Notes: generated from the sequence alone by a model not told the origin. Shown: positions 34,699-45,854, counted from the first letter of the stretch. The stretch is 64,000 nt of DNA from an uncultured virus (IMG/VR IMGVR_UViG_3300020159_003425) (IMGVR_UViG_3300020159_003425), one strand, 5' to 3'. A program made the numbers and translations.

Positions 34699-36030
34699 AT
34701 GGTCGATACTCCAAAAAACGTAGCTTATTACCCTCAAAGTGCCAGTGTAGATGAATTAAGAATCTTTGCTTCAACTGGTGAATTTGATGTAACTAAGCTT
34801 TTAACAGAACTATCTTTTTTTGAAGACATGTATAGTTTTGTCATTTCTGGGTATGTAATTTTGCGTGATGGTGTTGGATTAGTAGAAAAATTGCAATTGT
34901 CGGGCAAAGAGGAAATTCAAATTAGTTTTGGATCAACAAAAGGTGGATCAGAAAACGTTAATAAATTACCTGGTAATCTGAAGAAGTATCAAATCTATTC
35001 AATACCAGATAGAAAACCAGTTGGAAATCAAAACAGTGAATTTATAAAAATATACTTCTGTTCAAAAGAATTATTTGACTCTGAACAAATAAAGGTGGTA
35101 AAATCTTACAAAGGTAAGGCAATACATCAAATCGTAACTGACATTCTTTTAACGCAATTGAAAGTTGATCCAAAAAGAATAGATATACAAAACTTTGAAA
35201 AAACAACTGGTGTTTATGATTTTATAATTCCAACACTACGACCATTTGAAGCAATAAGTTGGTTGTGTACATATGCAAAACCAGCTAAGTTTGGTGAACA
35301 ACGTGCGGATATGCTGTTTTTTGAAACAAAAGATGGATTTCAATTCAGATCAATTGCTAGTATATACAAAGATCGACCATATAAAACATACACATATAAT
35401 ATAAAAAACATTGAGAGTCAAACTTTTGAACAAAAAGAGACTTCTATATTAGATTATCAATTTGTCAAAGACTTTGATAGTTTGAATGAAATAAACTCTG
35501 GTACTTTTGCGAATAGGGTAATGTTTTTTGATCCTTTGAATAGAACAATTAATTATAAAGATTATGATTATACAAAAGACATTACCTCAAGGCTGAATAA
35601 GAATTCACCAACAGATGCATCGGAATATAAAGATTTTGCAAGAGGTGCTCTAAAATTGGTTGTTTCAAATTCAAATCAAAAGTTGAAACCAACATTTCAG
35701 AATTTAGATCCTTCTCAAAAGAATCTTATACCAGATGTTTTTGTTCAAGAAACTGTACAGAATAGAACTGCTCAGTTGGCTTTGGCGAATTATACAATTT
35801 TAAAGATTAGAGTTCCGGGTGATACCGGTCTAACAGCGGGTTCAATAATAAATCTTAATTTACCAGCTTTAGATTATCAAAATGGTAGAAAACAATTTGA
35901 TAAGTTTTATTCTGGTAAATATTTGGTAACATCTGTTAGACATATATTACAATCACAAGGTGTGTTCCAGACTATTTTGGAAATAACTAAAGATAGTTCG
36001 CAAGCTGCATATGTTGATATACGCAATTAA
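34699..36030 (+). CDS. baseplate hub protein (gp27-like)
   Basis: FFEDMYS...G, PFEAISWL, FFETKDGFQFRSI, VPGD..L.AG, SGKYLVTSVRH; lies just before gp5. Confidence 0.7.
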   Translation: MVDTPKNVAYYPQSASVDELRIFASTGEFDVTKLLTELSFFEDMYSFVISGYVILRDGVGLVEKLQLSGKEEIQISFGSTKGGSENVNKLPGNLKKYQIYSIPDRKPVGNQNSEFIKIYFCSKELFDSEQIKVVKSYKGKAIHQIVTDILLTQLKVDPKRIDIQNFEKTTGVYDFIIPTLRPFEAISWLCTYAKPAKFGEQRADMLFFETKDGFQFRSIASIYKDRPYKTYTYNIKNIESQTFEQKETSILDYQFVKDFDSLNEINSGTFANRVMFFDPLNRTINYKDYDYTKDITSRLNKNSPTDASEYKDFARGALKLVVSNSNQKLKPTFQNLDPSQKNLIPDVFVQETVQNRTAQLALANYTILKIRVPGDTGLTAGSIINLNLPALDYQNGRKQFDKFYSGKYLVTSVRHILQSQGVFQTILEITKDSSQAAYVDIRN

Positions 36031-36045
36031 TGGAGTGAAATTTAA

Positions 36046-36396
36046 ATGTCAAATTTTTTAGGTAAGGACGGATTAATTTGGTGGGTTGGAACCGTAGAGA
36101 ACAGAATGGATCCTCTTGGTTTAGGTCGTTGCCAAGTTCGAATTTTTGGTTGGCACTATGATGGCACCAAAGATTCACAACAGAAGATACCAGTAACTGA
36201 TTTGCCTTGGGCTATGCCAATACAACCATGCAACAATTCAAAATCCTTTTCTTCTCCTGAACTGGATGATTGGGTAGTTGGATTTTTCTTTGATGGTTTA
36301 GCTGGTCAGTTTCCTGTAATGTTTGGTGTTATTCCTGGTTTCTTACCGACAGCAGAGGATAAGAAAGTTGATGGAAATGATTATAGTTACATCTGA
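36046..36396 (+). CDS. 5: gp5 N-terminal OB-fold domain (standalone)
   Basis: WWVGTVENRMDPLGLGRCQVRIFGWH...DLPWA...WVVGFFFDG...PVMFG. Confidence 0.88.
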   Translation: MSNFLGKDGLIWWVGTVENRMDPLGLGRCQVRIFGWHYDGTKDSQQKIPVTDLPWAMPIQPCNNSKSFSSPELDDWVVGFFFDGLAGQFPVMFGVIPGFLPTAEDKKVDGNDYSYI

Positions 36397-36403
36397 GGTA
36401 TAA

Positions 36404-37312
36404 ATGGCAACAGAACAAAAACCAACAACAGTCAATCTCGGTGGATTCGATTTAATAAACTTCAAAATCAAGGAAAGTTTTCCACCAAATTCAGTATTCT
36501 CAAGTGTGTTTGCAAAGCCTGGTGTACAAACTACGCCAGGTTTGGCTCGAGGTTATGTTCCGGGATCATCAATTGACCTTATGAACAAAAACTTGACACA
36601 CGTTTGTGATTTCAGATTTATCTTCAATATTGATATTTTTGCATCTTTAGGTTTGGTAAATCCAGTTGCTGCAATACAAAGAGCCATTCGTAATGCAAAA
36701 TTAAAAGCAGCAACTCGCATGAGAGATTTGTTGCAGAAAGCTATTGCAATAGTCAAAAAAATAATGGCAGCAATAAGTAAAGCTTTAAATCTGGATTTTT
36801 CTGGGCAAATTTCTTTGACTGTTGATTTAGCTAAAGATGCCATCAGAAGAATAAATCAAGCTATTGAAGATGTGGCTGATGCAATTGAGAGCGTTTTAGA
36901 GTGGGTATTCTTTGCACAACAAATTATCGAATTAATAAACTGGATAAAAAGTTTACCAGAAAAAATTAAAAATTTATTACTTGCGTGTATTGCAAACTTC
37001 ACCAGTTCATTGCAACAGGCAGTTGACAGTATAAAATCTATTCCTAGTCAGATTGAAAATGCAACGGTTGGTCAAGCAAGATTAATCGCTGATCAATTTG
37101 TTGGTGTAGTGAAAGATTTACAAGATTCTACAACATTAGAATTTAATAATGATTCGAAAAATTATTCTCCAGAACTTCTATCATTAATAACTGATCCAAC
37201 AGAAGATGGTGCGAATAATTTCATAACATATATAGGTGCAAATACACCAAATGCGAATGCTGCGTTTGCGAATTCAACCGGAGCATTAATGGAAAAAGCT
37301 TCTTCACCTTAA
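36404..37312 (+). CDS. hypothetical helical protein between the gp5 halves
   Basis: RBS gagg; amphipathic helical composition. Confidence 0.75.
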   Translation: MATEQKPTTVNLGGFDLINFKIKESFPPNSVFSSVFAKPGVQTTPGLARGYVPGSSIDLMNKNLTHVCDFRFIFNIDIFASLGLVNPVAAIQRAIRNAKLKAATRMRDLLQKAIAIVKKIMAAISKALNLDFSGQISLTVDLAKDAIRRINQAIEDVADAIESVLEWVFFAQQIIELINWIKSLPEKIKNLLLACIANFTSSLQQAVDSIKSIPSQIENATVGQARLIADQFVGVVKDLQDSTTLEFNNDSKNYSPELLSLITDPTEDGANNFITYIGANTPNANAAFANSTGALMEKASSP

Positions 37313-37318
37313 TAAATC

Positions 37319-38197
37319 ATGTCAACACCTTTACCAAAACCAAAAGGCGTCCTTGCTTGGACAGAACCAGAATCTGCTGCAAATAGTGATTATCAACCCG
37401 TATACCCATACAATACTATAACGCAGACAAAGGGTGGGCATTCATTCGAAATGGATGATACTCCAACAAGAGAACGAGTTCGCCTGCAACACAAATCTGG
37501 AACATTCACAGAGATTCATCCAAACGGTGATGAAGTACATAAGATAATTGGAGATGGTTACCACATTATATTGGGTGATCACAACATATCTATCGGTGTT
37601 GATGATGGGCAATTAGCCAAAAAATTGAACATTACAGTCAACGGTGATGCATATTTCTATGTAAAGGGTGATAAAGTTGAACAGATTGATGGTAGTGTTG
37701 AACAGTTCATCAAAGGTGATTTCACACAGACAGTGCAAGGAACACATACAGTATCATCTTTTGGTAACATGAAGATTAATGCTGGATCGAGTGTAAGTCT
37801 TGTTCCTGGTCTGGAAAGTAAACTAACAATTAATTCAAATTTCGTTAAGATAAATGCGGATGTTGATATCGCCACGGGCCTTGTGGCCAATAAGATAACA
37901 TCGAGAGGAAGAATTGATTCTGGACCATTATCTGGAATCAGTGCTGGTGTAATGGGATTCTATTCATTGACCGGTGGTGTTTCCATTGGGCTTCCAACGC
38001 CAGCAATACCCGCCACTATAATGTGTTCTGGACCAATAACCTCTTTTTCTAGTGTGTCTGCACCACTCGGTACTTATGGTATCTCCTCTTCTTTACTAGG
38101 TTTTGATGTTATTAACACTCTATTAAGAAAAGTTCACACACATGTTGCAAAGGGTGGACCAACTTCACCTCCATTGAATCAGGAAGTAACAATTTAA
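37319..38197 (+). CDS. 5: gp5 C-terminal beta-helix spike domain
   Basis: PVYPYN...GHSFEMDDTP..ERVRLQHKSGTFTEIHPNG, V.GD repeats, terminal HTH motif. Confidence 0.85.
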   Translation: MSTPLPKPKGVLAWTEPESAANSDYQPVYPYNTITQTKGGHSFEMDDTPTRERVRLQHKSGTFTEIHPNGDEVHKIIGDGYHIILGDHNISIGVDDGQLAKKLNITVNGDAYFYVKGDKVEQIDGSVEQFIKGDFTQTVQGTHTVSSFGNMKINAGSSVSLVPGLESKLTINSNFVKINADVDIATGLVANKITSRGRIDSGPLSGISAGVMGFYSLTGGVSIGLPTPAIPATIMCSGPITSFSSVSAPLGTYGISSSLLGFDVINTLLRKVHTHVAKGGPTSPPLNQEVTI

Positions 38198-38207
38198 AGG
38201 ATATATT

Positions 38208-39053
38208 ATGGCTGGAGTATACGCTTTATTAGGATTCGACACAACAGATCCAATAGCTAATGGTGCTGTTGAACAACTGAGTCCATCAGTTCAGACACAA
38301 ATGAAAATGATGCCACCATTAATGCAACCATGGCAAGAAACCGATTTGATATCAAATGAAACTGAACAATATTATTTGAATCCTGTATCAAATACGATCA
38401 ATGTTATCTGGTCAACATCAAAAACAATTACGAATTTATCATTTTCAAATGTTATCACAGGTACGATAAATGTAACATTCAGTAATCCTGGTGTTTCCAG
38501 TATTATGGATCCTGCACTGATGGTCGTGAGAGATGTGACGCAAAACGTTGCAGGCCGTTTTATGGTTCACACAGACAGAATGTCCAATGTGATACCAATA
38601 GATTTCGATATTACCTCACCACACTATGAAACCGCTATAGGTTTTGGTAAACTGATTATGTATATTGTCAATCAAACCGATAATATACAGAACAACTCAC
38701 CTATGATTGGTAGTTTTTCTAGTCTTTTTGTTGCAAATACACTGTCGGATCAATCAAACACATTTCTTTCAATATCAAATGTTTACTTGGGTTCATTTGT
38801 TGGCAACGTTTCTTCATTGGGTTTGACGGATGCTAATGCATTTTCAAATGCTGCAAATCAAGTTTCAAACACAATGACGACATATCGACAAAAAGACTTT
38901 GATTTCTTTGCAAATTCACAAATGATTGTGGATAGGTATAATAAAGTTAGTGAATTCAATAGGATTGGTCAGACAGAACTGTTCCTGATTAATGATTACA
39001 TCGGAACACCAAATCTGAAGAACAATTTGGCAAATACTGTTAACCCACCCTAA
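38208..39053 (+). CDS. hypothetical virion protein
   Basis: RBS aaagga; within the baseplate operon. Confidence 0.75.
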   Translation: MAGVYALLGFDTTDPIANGAVEQLSPSVQTQMKMMPPLMQPWQETDLISNETEQYYLNPVSNTINVIWSTSKTITNLSFSNVITGTINVTFSNPGVSSIMDPALMVVRDVTQNVAGRFMVHTDRMSNVIPIDFDITSPHYETAIGFGKLIMYIVNQTDNIQNNSPMIGSFSSLFVANTLSDQSNTFLSISNVYLGSFVGNVSSLGLTDANAFSNAANQVSNTMTTYRQKDFDFFANSQMIVDRYNKVSEFNRIGQTELFLINDYIGTPNLKNNLANTVNPP

Positions 39054-39128
39054 AATTTCGAAATTTTTCGTTTTGGCCCAAGAATTTTCTCCGACGATAT
39101 CAAAAGTCCAAAAAAGCGATTTACTTTT
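39053..39128 (+). repeat. dispersed intergenic element, copy 1
   Basis: Aligns by eye with 57646-57722. Confidence 0.7.
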
Positions 39129-39144
39129 CGCACATAAATAAAAG

Positions 39145-39540
39145 ATGGCACAAACACTAAACAAACTATATTCGGACATAGATTTCACCTTCACCAGAGT
39201 ACCGGTGACAGGTGATGTTGCCGTTAGTTATGATTTTCAGGCTGTCACACGTTCCGTTAGAAATCTATTACGAACAAATAACTACGATAGACCTTTTAAT
39301 CCCGATCTAGGTTCAAGATTGAACGCATTATTGTTCGAACCAATGAACCCTTTGACGGAAAACAGTATAGAAAATGAAATTGCTCAGATGATTGAGGCAT
39401 ATGAACCCAGAGTAATTTTGCAAAAAGTGAATGTGGAAGCAAATGATGCTCAAAATGCCTACAATGTGACAATAAGTTTTTTCCTACAGAATGCTACCAC
39501 ACCAACATCAATAACAATCCTTTTAGAGAGAAACCGATAA
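39145..39540 (+). CDS. 25: baseplate wedge protein gp25
   Basis: YSDIDF.F, SVRNLL.T...RPFNPDLGS...LLFE, YEPRV; cataaata at 39133. Confidence 0.93.
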   Translation: MAQTLNKLYSDIDFTFTRVPVTGDVAVSYDFQAVTRSVRNLLRTNNYDRPFNPDLGSRLNALLFEPMNPLTENSIENEIAQMIEAYEPRVILQKVNVEANDAQNAYNVTISFFLQNATTPTSITILLERNR

Positions 39541-41616
39541 ATGGCTGGAGCAAATAGTAATATTCAGATAACAGACTTGGATTTTAATGATATTAAAACC
39601 AATCTAAGGAACTTCTTAAAGTCACAAAACGCTTTAAAAGACTATAATTTTGAAGGTTCAGCACTCTCTGTACTGTTAGACATTCTATCATACAATACAC
39701 AGTATAATGCATATTATTTGAACATGGTTGCTAATGAGATGTTCTTAGACTCTGCAATCCAAAGAGAATCTGTGGTTTCACTAGCAAAACTACTGAATTA
39801 CACACCAAAATCAGCAATTGCACCTGAAGCTACAATTAATGTTCTTGTCAATCAAGTGACAGATGCATCACTAACATTACCAAAAAACACACCATTCTTA
39901 TCCGAAAACCTTGATGGTATCAACTATGGTTTTGTTGCGACAGACTCTTCAACTGTTGCGGTTTCTGGGCAGCAAGCACTCTTTTCGAATGTAACAATAA
40001 AACAAGGTATTGTTGCGTCAATATCATATCAGGTCGATTCAACTACAAATCCAACCTACACATTCTCTATTCCTGAAGAAAATGTTGATACCACGACACT
40101 TTTAGTGTCAGTTCAACAGTCTGTTTCAAATACAACATACGAAATCTTTACAAAAGCATCAGATGTTTTACTGTTAACAGGCGATTCAACAGTTTACTTC
40201 TTGCAAGAGGGTGTCAGTGGTCTATATGAAATTAATTTTGGTGATGGTATTTTAGGTAAAAAACTTGTTGATGGCAACATCGTCAATCTGAGTTACTTGT
40301 CCACAAACGGTTCAGCTTCTGCTGGTGCAAATAGCTTCATCAACATGGATGCAATTGGAGGTTTCTCCAACGTTTCTGTTACATCTGTACAGCCAGCATC
40401 TTATGGGCAAGACAAAGAATCTATAAGTTCTATAAAGTTTCAGGCACCAAAGTCTTTCTCTGCACAAAAACGTGCGGTAACTAAAGAAGACTATATTACG
40501 GCAATTCAACAGAACAACTTGGGTTATTCTTTTGATGCTGTGAACGTTTGGGGTGGGCAAGAAAATGATGTGCCAATTTATGGGCAAGTTTTCATTTCAT
40601 TGAAGCCAGCAGGCTCTTATAATCTAACACAATTACAGAAACAGAAGTTGATTCAAGATGTAATTAAACCAATTTCTGTTCTAACGGTTTCACCTACAAT
40701 TGTGGACCCAGACTACAGTTACCTGCAACTGACTGTAAATGTATTGTATGATCCAAATAAAACAAACTTAACAGCTTCACAAATCAAAACAAATGTGAAG
40801 AATGCAATTACGAATTTGGCTGCAACTCAGTTGAACACCTTCAACTCCACATTCAATATTACAAACTTTAATAATGCGGTAAACAATGTCAGTCCATCAA
40901 TTATTACAAATGAAATAAGTTTACAAGTACAGAAAAAATTCTTCCCAATTTTAACTATACCAACAACATACAATCTTTATTATGGAACACCACTCAAAAG
41001 AGGTATGTTCCAAAGTGGAATCAGCACATCACCATCATTGCAATTCAGAGATCCAGACAATCTATCATCAATTATTAGTGGTGTACAGATTGAAGAGGTG
41101 CCATCGTCAACAGGTGGTGTTGAATCGATTTCCATTATCAATCCGGGCTTTGGTTATCAGAGCTCACCAACAATCGAAATTCTTGGTGACGGAGTTGGTG
41201 CGACAGCGGAGGCTGTAATTGCTGCCACCGGTTCATTGAAGTCGATCAATGTAACCAACAAAGGTTCTGGTTACACAAGTGCGATTGTTAAGATTACACC
41301 AAAGTCAAATGATACGACGGGTCAATTGGCAGCCGCAACTGTAAACCTTGAAGGTCGTTATGGTACACTAAGATCATTCTATAATAACAATGAGAACGTG
41401 AAGATCATATTGAATAGTTCTGTTGGTACTGTTGATTACAACTTGGGTGTCATCACACTTGAAAACTTCAATCCTTATGGCGTACAGAATGATCTTGGTC
41501 AATTGACAGTTTCTGCAAATCCAACAACATCGATTATTTCGTCAACTTATAATAGGATCATCACAGTAGATCCATTTGATCCGAATTCGATTATTGTTAA
41601 CGTAAATACTAAGTAA
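39541..41616 (+). CDS. 6: baseplate wedge protein gp6
   Basis: LDFNDIK.NL..FL, DYNFEGS.LSVLLDILSYNT, FGDGILGK, QKRAVT.EDY. Confidence 0.95.
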   Translation: MAGANSNIQITDLDFNDIKTNLRNFLKSQNALKDYNFEGSALSVLLDILSYNTQYNAYYLNMVANEMFLDSAIQRESVVSLAKLLNYTPKSAIAPEATINVLVNQVTDASLTLPKNTPFLSENLDGINYGFVATDSSTVAVSGQQALFSNVTIKQGIVASISYQVDSTTNPTYTFSIPEENVDTTTLLVSVQQSVSNTTYEIFTKASDVLLLTGDSTVYFLQEGVSGLYEINFGDGILGKKLVDGNIVNLSYLSTNGSASAGANSFINMDAIGGFSNVSVTSVQPASYGQDKESISSIKFQAPKSFSAQKRAVTKEDYITAIQQNNLGYSFDAVNVWGGQENDVPIYGQVFISLKPAGSYNLTQLQKQKLIQDVIKPISVLTVSPTIVDPDYSYLQLTVNVLYDPNKTNLTASQIKTNVKNAITNLAATQLNTFNSTFNITNFNNAVNNVSPSIITNEISLQVQKKFFPILTIPTTYNLYYGTPLKRGMFQSGISTSPSLQFRDPDNLSSIISGVQIEEVPSSTGGVESISIINPGFGYQSSPTIEILGDGVGATAEAVIAATGSLKSINVTNKGSGYTSAIVKITPKSNDTTGQLAAATVNLEGRYGTLRSFYNNNENVKIILNSSVGTVDYNLGVITLENFNPYGVQNDLGQLTVSANPTTSIISSTYNRIITVDPFDPNSIIVNVNTK

Positions 41617-41617
41617 A

Positions 41618-44425
41618 ATGATTCCTGATTTTCAGAAAACTTCTTTACTGATACCATCTCAACTTCCCTCTTTTGTTAGGGAAAATCCAGACTATGACAA
41701 GTTCGTTACGTTCTTGCAAGCATACTATGAATGGATGGAAGTGAATGGCAATGTCACCGAGAGAAGTAAAAACATTCTTAATTACAAAGACATTGACAGA
41801 ACAACAGAAGAATTTTTACAATATTTCACGGATGAGTTTCTTCAATATTTCCCACAAGAAGTTCTAATCGACAAAAGAACTGCTGTAAAGTATGCTCGCC
41901 AGCTGTACTACACAAAAGGCACACCAGCATCCTATCAATTCTTATTCAGAGTCTTATATGATTCTGATTTTGATATCTTCTACACAAAAGATGCAGTACT
42001 GAAAGCATCCGATGGTTCTTGGTACGTTGCAAGAAGTTTAAAACTAGCTACAGGCAATAAAAACTTCTTGAAGGTGAATAACTATAGACTGTTTGGTGAG
42101 ACAACAAAGTCGATTGCAACGATTGAAAATGCAACATCAACAGGCAACAGAGTTGAAGTCTTTATTTCTGACATTACAAGATTGTTTCAGTCGGGTGAAT
42201 TTGTTAGAGTAGTTGATACAAACAATCAAGACGTTCTGTTTGGTGGACAACCACTCAGAGCAAAAATTGTAGGTCAGATCAGTCAAATAAGAATTGATCC
42301 AAACAAAAGAGGTTTACTGTATGAAACTGGCGATCCGGTGGTCATTTATGGTGGATTAAACTCTGCCAATGGAGTTGGTGCATCCGCAACGGTTGGATTA
42401 ACAACAGCAGGATCAATTCAACGTATAAATGTTGTCGATGGAAGTTATGGATTCAGACAAGAACCAAATACAATCATCTCACTCACAAATGCACCTGGTG
42501 CATCCGCTGTTGTTGGATCTATAGATCCGAATCCAACAAAAACCGCAAACGTTACTTTATTATCCATAGAGTCCATTTCTCCAAAAAGATTCTTAACAAT
42601 TGGTAGCCCCGATTATTTTTTCACAAATGTGGCTTCCGCAAATGCAAATACTAGATTGTCGGATGCATTTACATTCACCCAGTTTGCTGCATATCCAATA
42701 TCATCCATTATTGTTACAAATGGCGGCGGTGGTATCAGAACTATTCCAACGGTGCAAGCAACATCGGTATATCAGAATGACATAGGTGACTCAATTGATC
42801 TAGGTAATTTAGGTATACTTTCACCAATTCAAATTGTAAGTGGTGGGCATGGTTATCAAGCGAACGACCAAATTGTTTTCAATGGTGGATCAGGTGTTGG
42901 TGCTCGAGCAAATGTGAGAACTGTCTCCGCCACCGGTGCAATTACAGATGTTGAATATGTTTATGGTCCTGTAAGAGATTATCCACTTGGTGGTTTAGGA
43001 TATTCAGAATTATCTATACCCACAGTAACTGTTCAATCAGCTAATGCACAAGCCGCAAATGCAAGCTTGGTTGTTCCTGGTATAGTCGGTAGAGGTGCAA
43101 CATTCTCTGTCATAACAGACAGAACGGGTGCAGTTACAACAATTAATATTAGTAATCCGGGTGAAGATTATGTTTCTGCACCAGGTGTTTCTCTAAGAGT
43201 TGAAGATATTTTAGTTTCTAATGTTATTTCATCAGCACCAGTGGAAAATGGAGATGTTATTTTCCAAGGAGTTGATGCCAATACATCGACATATTTGGCA
43301 TATGTGGATTCACTGTCAGTATATCAATTCAATGCTGATCCAGCACAGACAATATACAACTTGCGTGTCTACAACTACAATGCAACATCAAATACTGCAT
43401 TACCGTTGAGAACCGAAAACAATGCCAATCTACGAATGGTTGGTGCAGCACTAGATTCCAACTACAATTCTAGTGGTGTGAGAAGATATGGTGACGGTAA
43501 CGCAAGAGCTAATGCATTGTTCTTGAACGGGCTGGTTGTCAGTCAGGGACAATACCTGAACTCAAGAGGTAAACCAAGTTCTTCTGACGTACTACAAAGT
43601 AAAATATATAACAACTTCACTTACATAATTAGTGTTGAAAAAGAAATCGAAAAATATAGAGAAATATTACTGAACCTGTTACATCCAACAGGAATGAATT
43701 TCTTGGGTCGTTATGTGTTGAGATCGAATACTGATTTTCAAATAGACACCTACAGTGCGGTGTTCCAAGGATATCCACTGGATTACTACACGGGATATAC
43801 TGGTACACACGCACACATTTATACCAGTTTCACAAATGGTAGCAACAACATAATTTACTTTGATGATCTGGCTGGTGCAAACATTGCTAACATCGTATTT
43901 GCAAATACAGACACAATTGTTTTGAAACCAACAAATGGTCCATATGTATCATCAAAAGTTATTTCGGTTAATGGTGCAGCCAACACTGTAACAGTTGAAA
44001 GTAATGTTTGGTTGACATATGCGAATGTTGCATTCGTGTCTGGTAATTCCGGTTCTAATGTCATAAATATTACATCATTGACTAACGCTTACAACATTGT
44101 AAACAATGGTCAGTACAGCAACACAGCCTATCCAATCAAAGATATTGTCTATGCCGGCGATAGAGTTTTGGTTGATAACAATACAAGTAAGATTGTACAG
44201 AGTGTTGACTTTGAAAATGATAGAATTTATTTGACAACCAATTTGACTTCGAATGTTGGTAATTCATTGATGGCAGTTAACAGAACATTTGTCGCAAACA
44301 CAGAATTGAATTCAAGACAAATATTCGTTTACGGTCCACTTGGACAAGTTTATATACCAGAACTGATAACGGAAGATGGTTTCACAATAACAACTGAAGA
44401 TGATAGAACACTTCTTTTAGGATAA
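41618..44425 (+). CDS. baseplate wedge protein gp7-like
   Basis: QLPSFVRE...FLQAYYEW, YYTKGT..SYQFLFRVLY, YNNFTY, LLHPTG; between gp6 and gp8. Confidence 0.75.
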   Translation: MIPDFQKTSLLIPSQLPSFVRENPDYDKFVTFLQAYYEWMEVNGNVTERSKNILNYKDIDRTTEEFLQYFTDEFLQYFPQEVLIDKRTAVKYARQLYYTKGTPASYQFLFRVLYDSDFDIFYTKDAVLKASDGSWYVARSLKLATGNKNFLKVNNYRLFGETTKSIATIENATSTGNRVEVFISDITRLFQSGEFVRVVDTNNQDVLFGGQPLRAKIVGQISQIRIDPNKRGLLYETGDPVVIYGGLNSANGVGASATVGLTTAGSIQRINVVDGSYGFRQEPNTIISLTNAPGASAVVGSIDPNPTKTANVTLLSIESISPKRFLTIGSPDYFFTNVASANANTRLSDAFTFTQFAAYPISSIIVTNGGGGIRTIPTVQATSVYQNDIGDSIDLGNLGILSPIQIVSGGHGYQANDQIVFNGGSGVGARANVRTVSATGAITDVEYVYGPVRDYPLGGLGYSELSIPTVTVQSANAQAANASLVVPGIVGRGATFSVITDRTGAVTTINISNPGEDYVSAPGVSLRVEDILVSNVISSAPVENGDVIFQGVDANTSTYLAYVDSLSVYQFNADPAQTIYNLRVYNYNATSNTALPLRTENNANLRMVGAALDSNYNSSGVRRYGDGNARANALFLNGLVVSQGQYLNSRGKPSSSDVLQSKIYNNFTYIISVEKEIEKYREILLNLLHPTGMNFLGRYVLRSNTDFQIDTYSAVFQGYPLDYYTGYTGTHAHIYTSFTNGSNNIIYFDDLAGANIANIVFANTDTIVLKPTNGPYVSSKVISVNGAANTVTVESNVWLTYANVAFVSGNSGSNVINITSLTNAYNIVNNGQYSNTAYPIKDIVYAGDRVLVDNNTSKIVQSVDFENDRIYLTTNLTSNVGNSLMAVNRTFVANTELNSRQIFVYGPLGQVYIPELITEDGFTITTEDDRTLLLG

Positions 44426-44428
44426 AAA

Positions 44429-45841
44429 ATGTCAACAGTAAAAATTACAGAATTATCGTCAAAATCATTAACAACAAACATTTCAAACACGATATTTGTT
44501 GGTGTAGATTTACCGACAGGTACAACAGGAAAGTATACTGCCAAAAACATGGCAGACAACCTGTATGCAAATAATGCGCTGAATGTTGGTAGCGATTTCA
44601 CATTACTGAGTAAACCAATTACATTCGCTGATGGCACAACACAGAATACTTCATTTGCAGTCACTGGTACATATGCAAATGCTGCCTTCTTAAAGGCCAA
44701 TTCAGCATATGACTCACAGAATACAACTGGAACATACGCAAATGCAGCCTTCTTGGTGGCGAACACACCTTCACATGTAGCAAACTCTGCTGCAATCTAT
44801 GCCAATGGAGCATTCTTAGCCGCAAATACACCAACACATGTGGCCAATTCAGCCGCACTTTATGCCAATGGTGCTTTCGCAAAAGCAAACGCAGCACTAG
44901 CAAATGCATCAGGCACTTTTGCAGGTGATCTAACAATTACAGGCAATACTCAAGCACAAAAAGTTAACACAGGTAACTTAACTGTAGTCGGAACATCTGC
45001 TGTATCAGGTAATGCAAACTTTGCAGGCATAGTGAATGTGACTGGTGCAGTCAACATGAATGCAACACTTGTTCTTGCTAACTCCAATTTTAGTGCATCT
45101 GAATCTGCGATAACAATACAGGCAACCGAAACTGTACAAGTTCCTTCGCAAGCAGGAACGATGTTGCACATTTCTGGAAAAGCAAACACTCCATCAAGAA
45201 TTATTTTTGATTCTTTCAGTACCGATGGATCTGCATATTCGATAGTTGCAGGTAGAACTGCTAGAGGCACAGTGGTGTCACCATCTCCAACTCAAAACAA
45301 TGACATTTTAATGAGAGTTGCTGGTAACGGATGGGGCACAACAGGTTTCGCACCACTCGGTGTTGCTCGCATTGATATTGTTGCCACAGAAAACTATACA
45401 GATTCAGCTCGTGGTTCTAAAATCATTTTCTACAACGTTCCAAACGGTTCAAACGTAGTTAATCAAATCGCTTCATTCAATGCAGACCGTATTGATTTTA
45501 CAGGTGTTGTGAGTCCAGAAAAAGGCTTCATCTACTCGCCAAGAAATTTAGGTGCTCAAACAGCAATCACTATTGATTTTGCAACAAATTCAATGATTCG
45601 AGCAACATATAGTTCAACACTTACAATTGGTTTCTCAAACTATACATATGGTAAAATTGTTGAAGTGTGGTTAACAAACACAGCAGGCACCGGGCAGACA
45701 ATAAACTTGGGTGTTTTAGCAAACAATTCAACAACAGGTTCATCCACACTCTCTGTAGCCTCACAGAGATCAGCAAAATTACAATATTTTAGTATTGATG
45801 GTGACCTGGCAAATACTTTCTGTGCAATAACATATGCGTAA
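44429..45841 (+). CDS. fibre-like virion structural protein
   Basis: MSTVKITEL start; YANAAF..AN repeats shared with 54630-57647. Confidence 0.7.
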   Translation: MSTVKITELSSKSLTTNISNTIFVGVDLPTGTTGKYTAKNMADNLYANNALNVGSDFTLLSKPITFADGTTQNTSFAVTGTYANAAFLKANSAYDSQNTTGTYANAAFLVANTPSHVANSAAIYANGAFLAANTPTHVANSAALYANGAFAKANAALANASGTFAGDLTITGNTQAQKVNTGNLTVVGTSAVSGNANFAGIVNVTGAVNMNATLVLANSNFSASESAITIQATETVQVPSQAGTMLHISGKANTPSRIIFDSFSTDGSAYSIVAGRTARGTVVSPSPTQNNDILMRVAGNGWGTTGFAPLGVARIDIVATENYTDSARGSKIIFYNVPNGSNVVNQIASFNADRIDFTGVVSPEKGFIYSPRNLGAQTAITIDFATNSMIRATYSSTLTIGFSNYTYGKIVEVWLTNTAGTGQTINLGVLANNSTTGSSTLSVASQRSAKLQYFSIDGDLANTFCAITYA

Positions 45842-45854
45842 TAAATAAATTACT

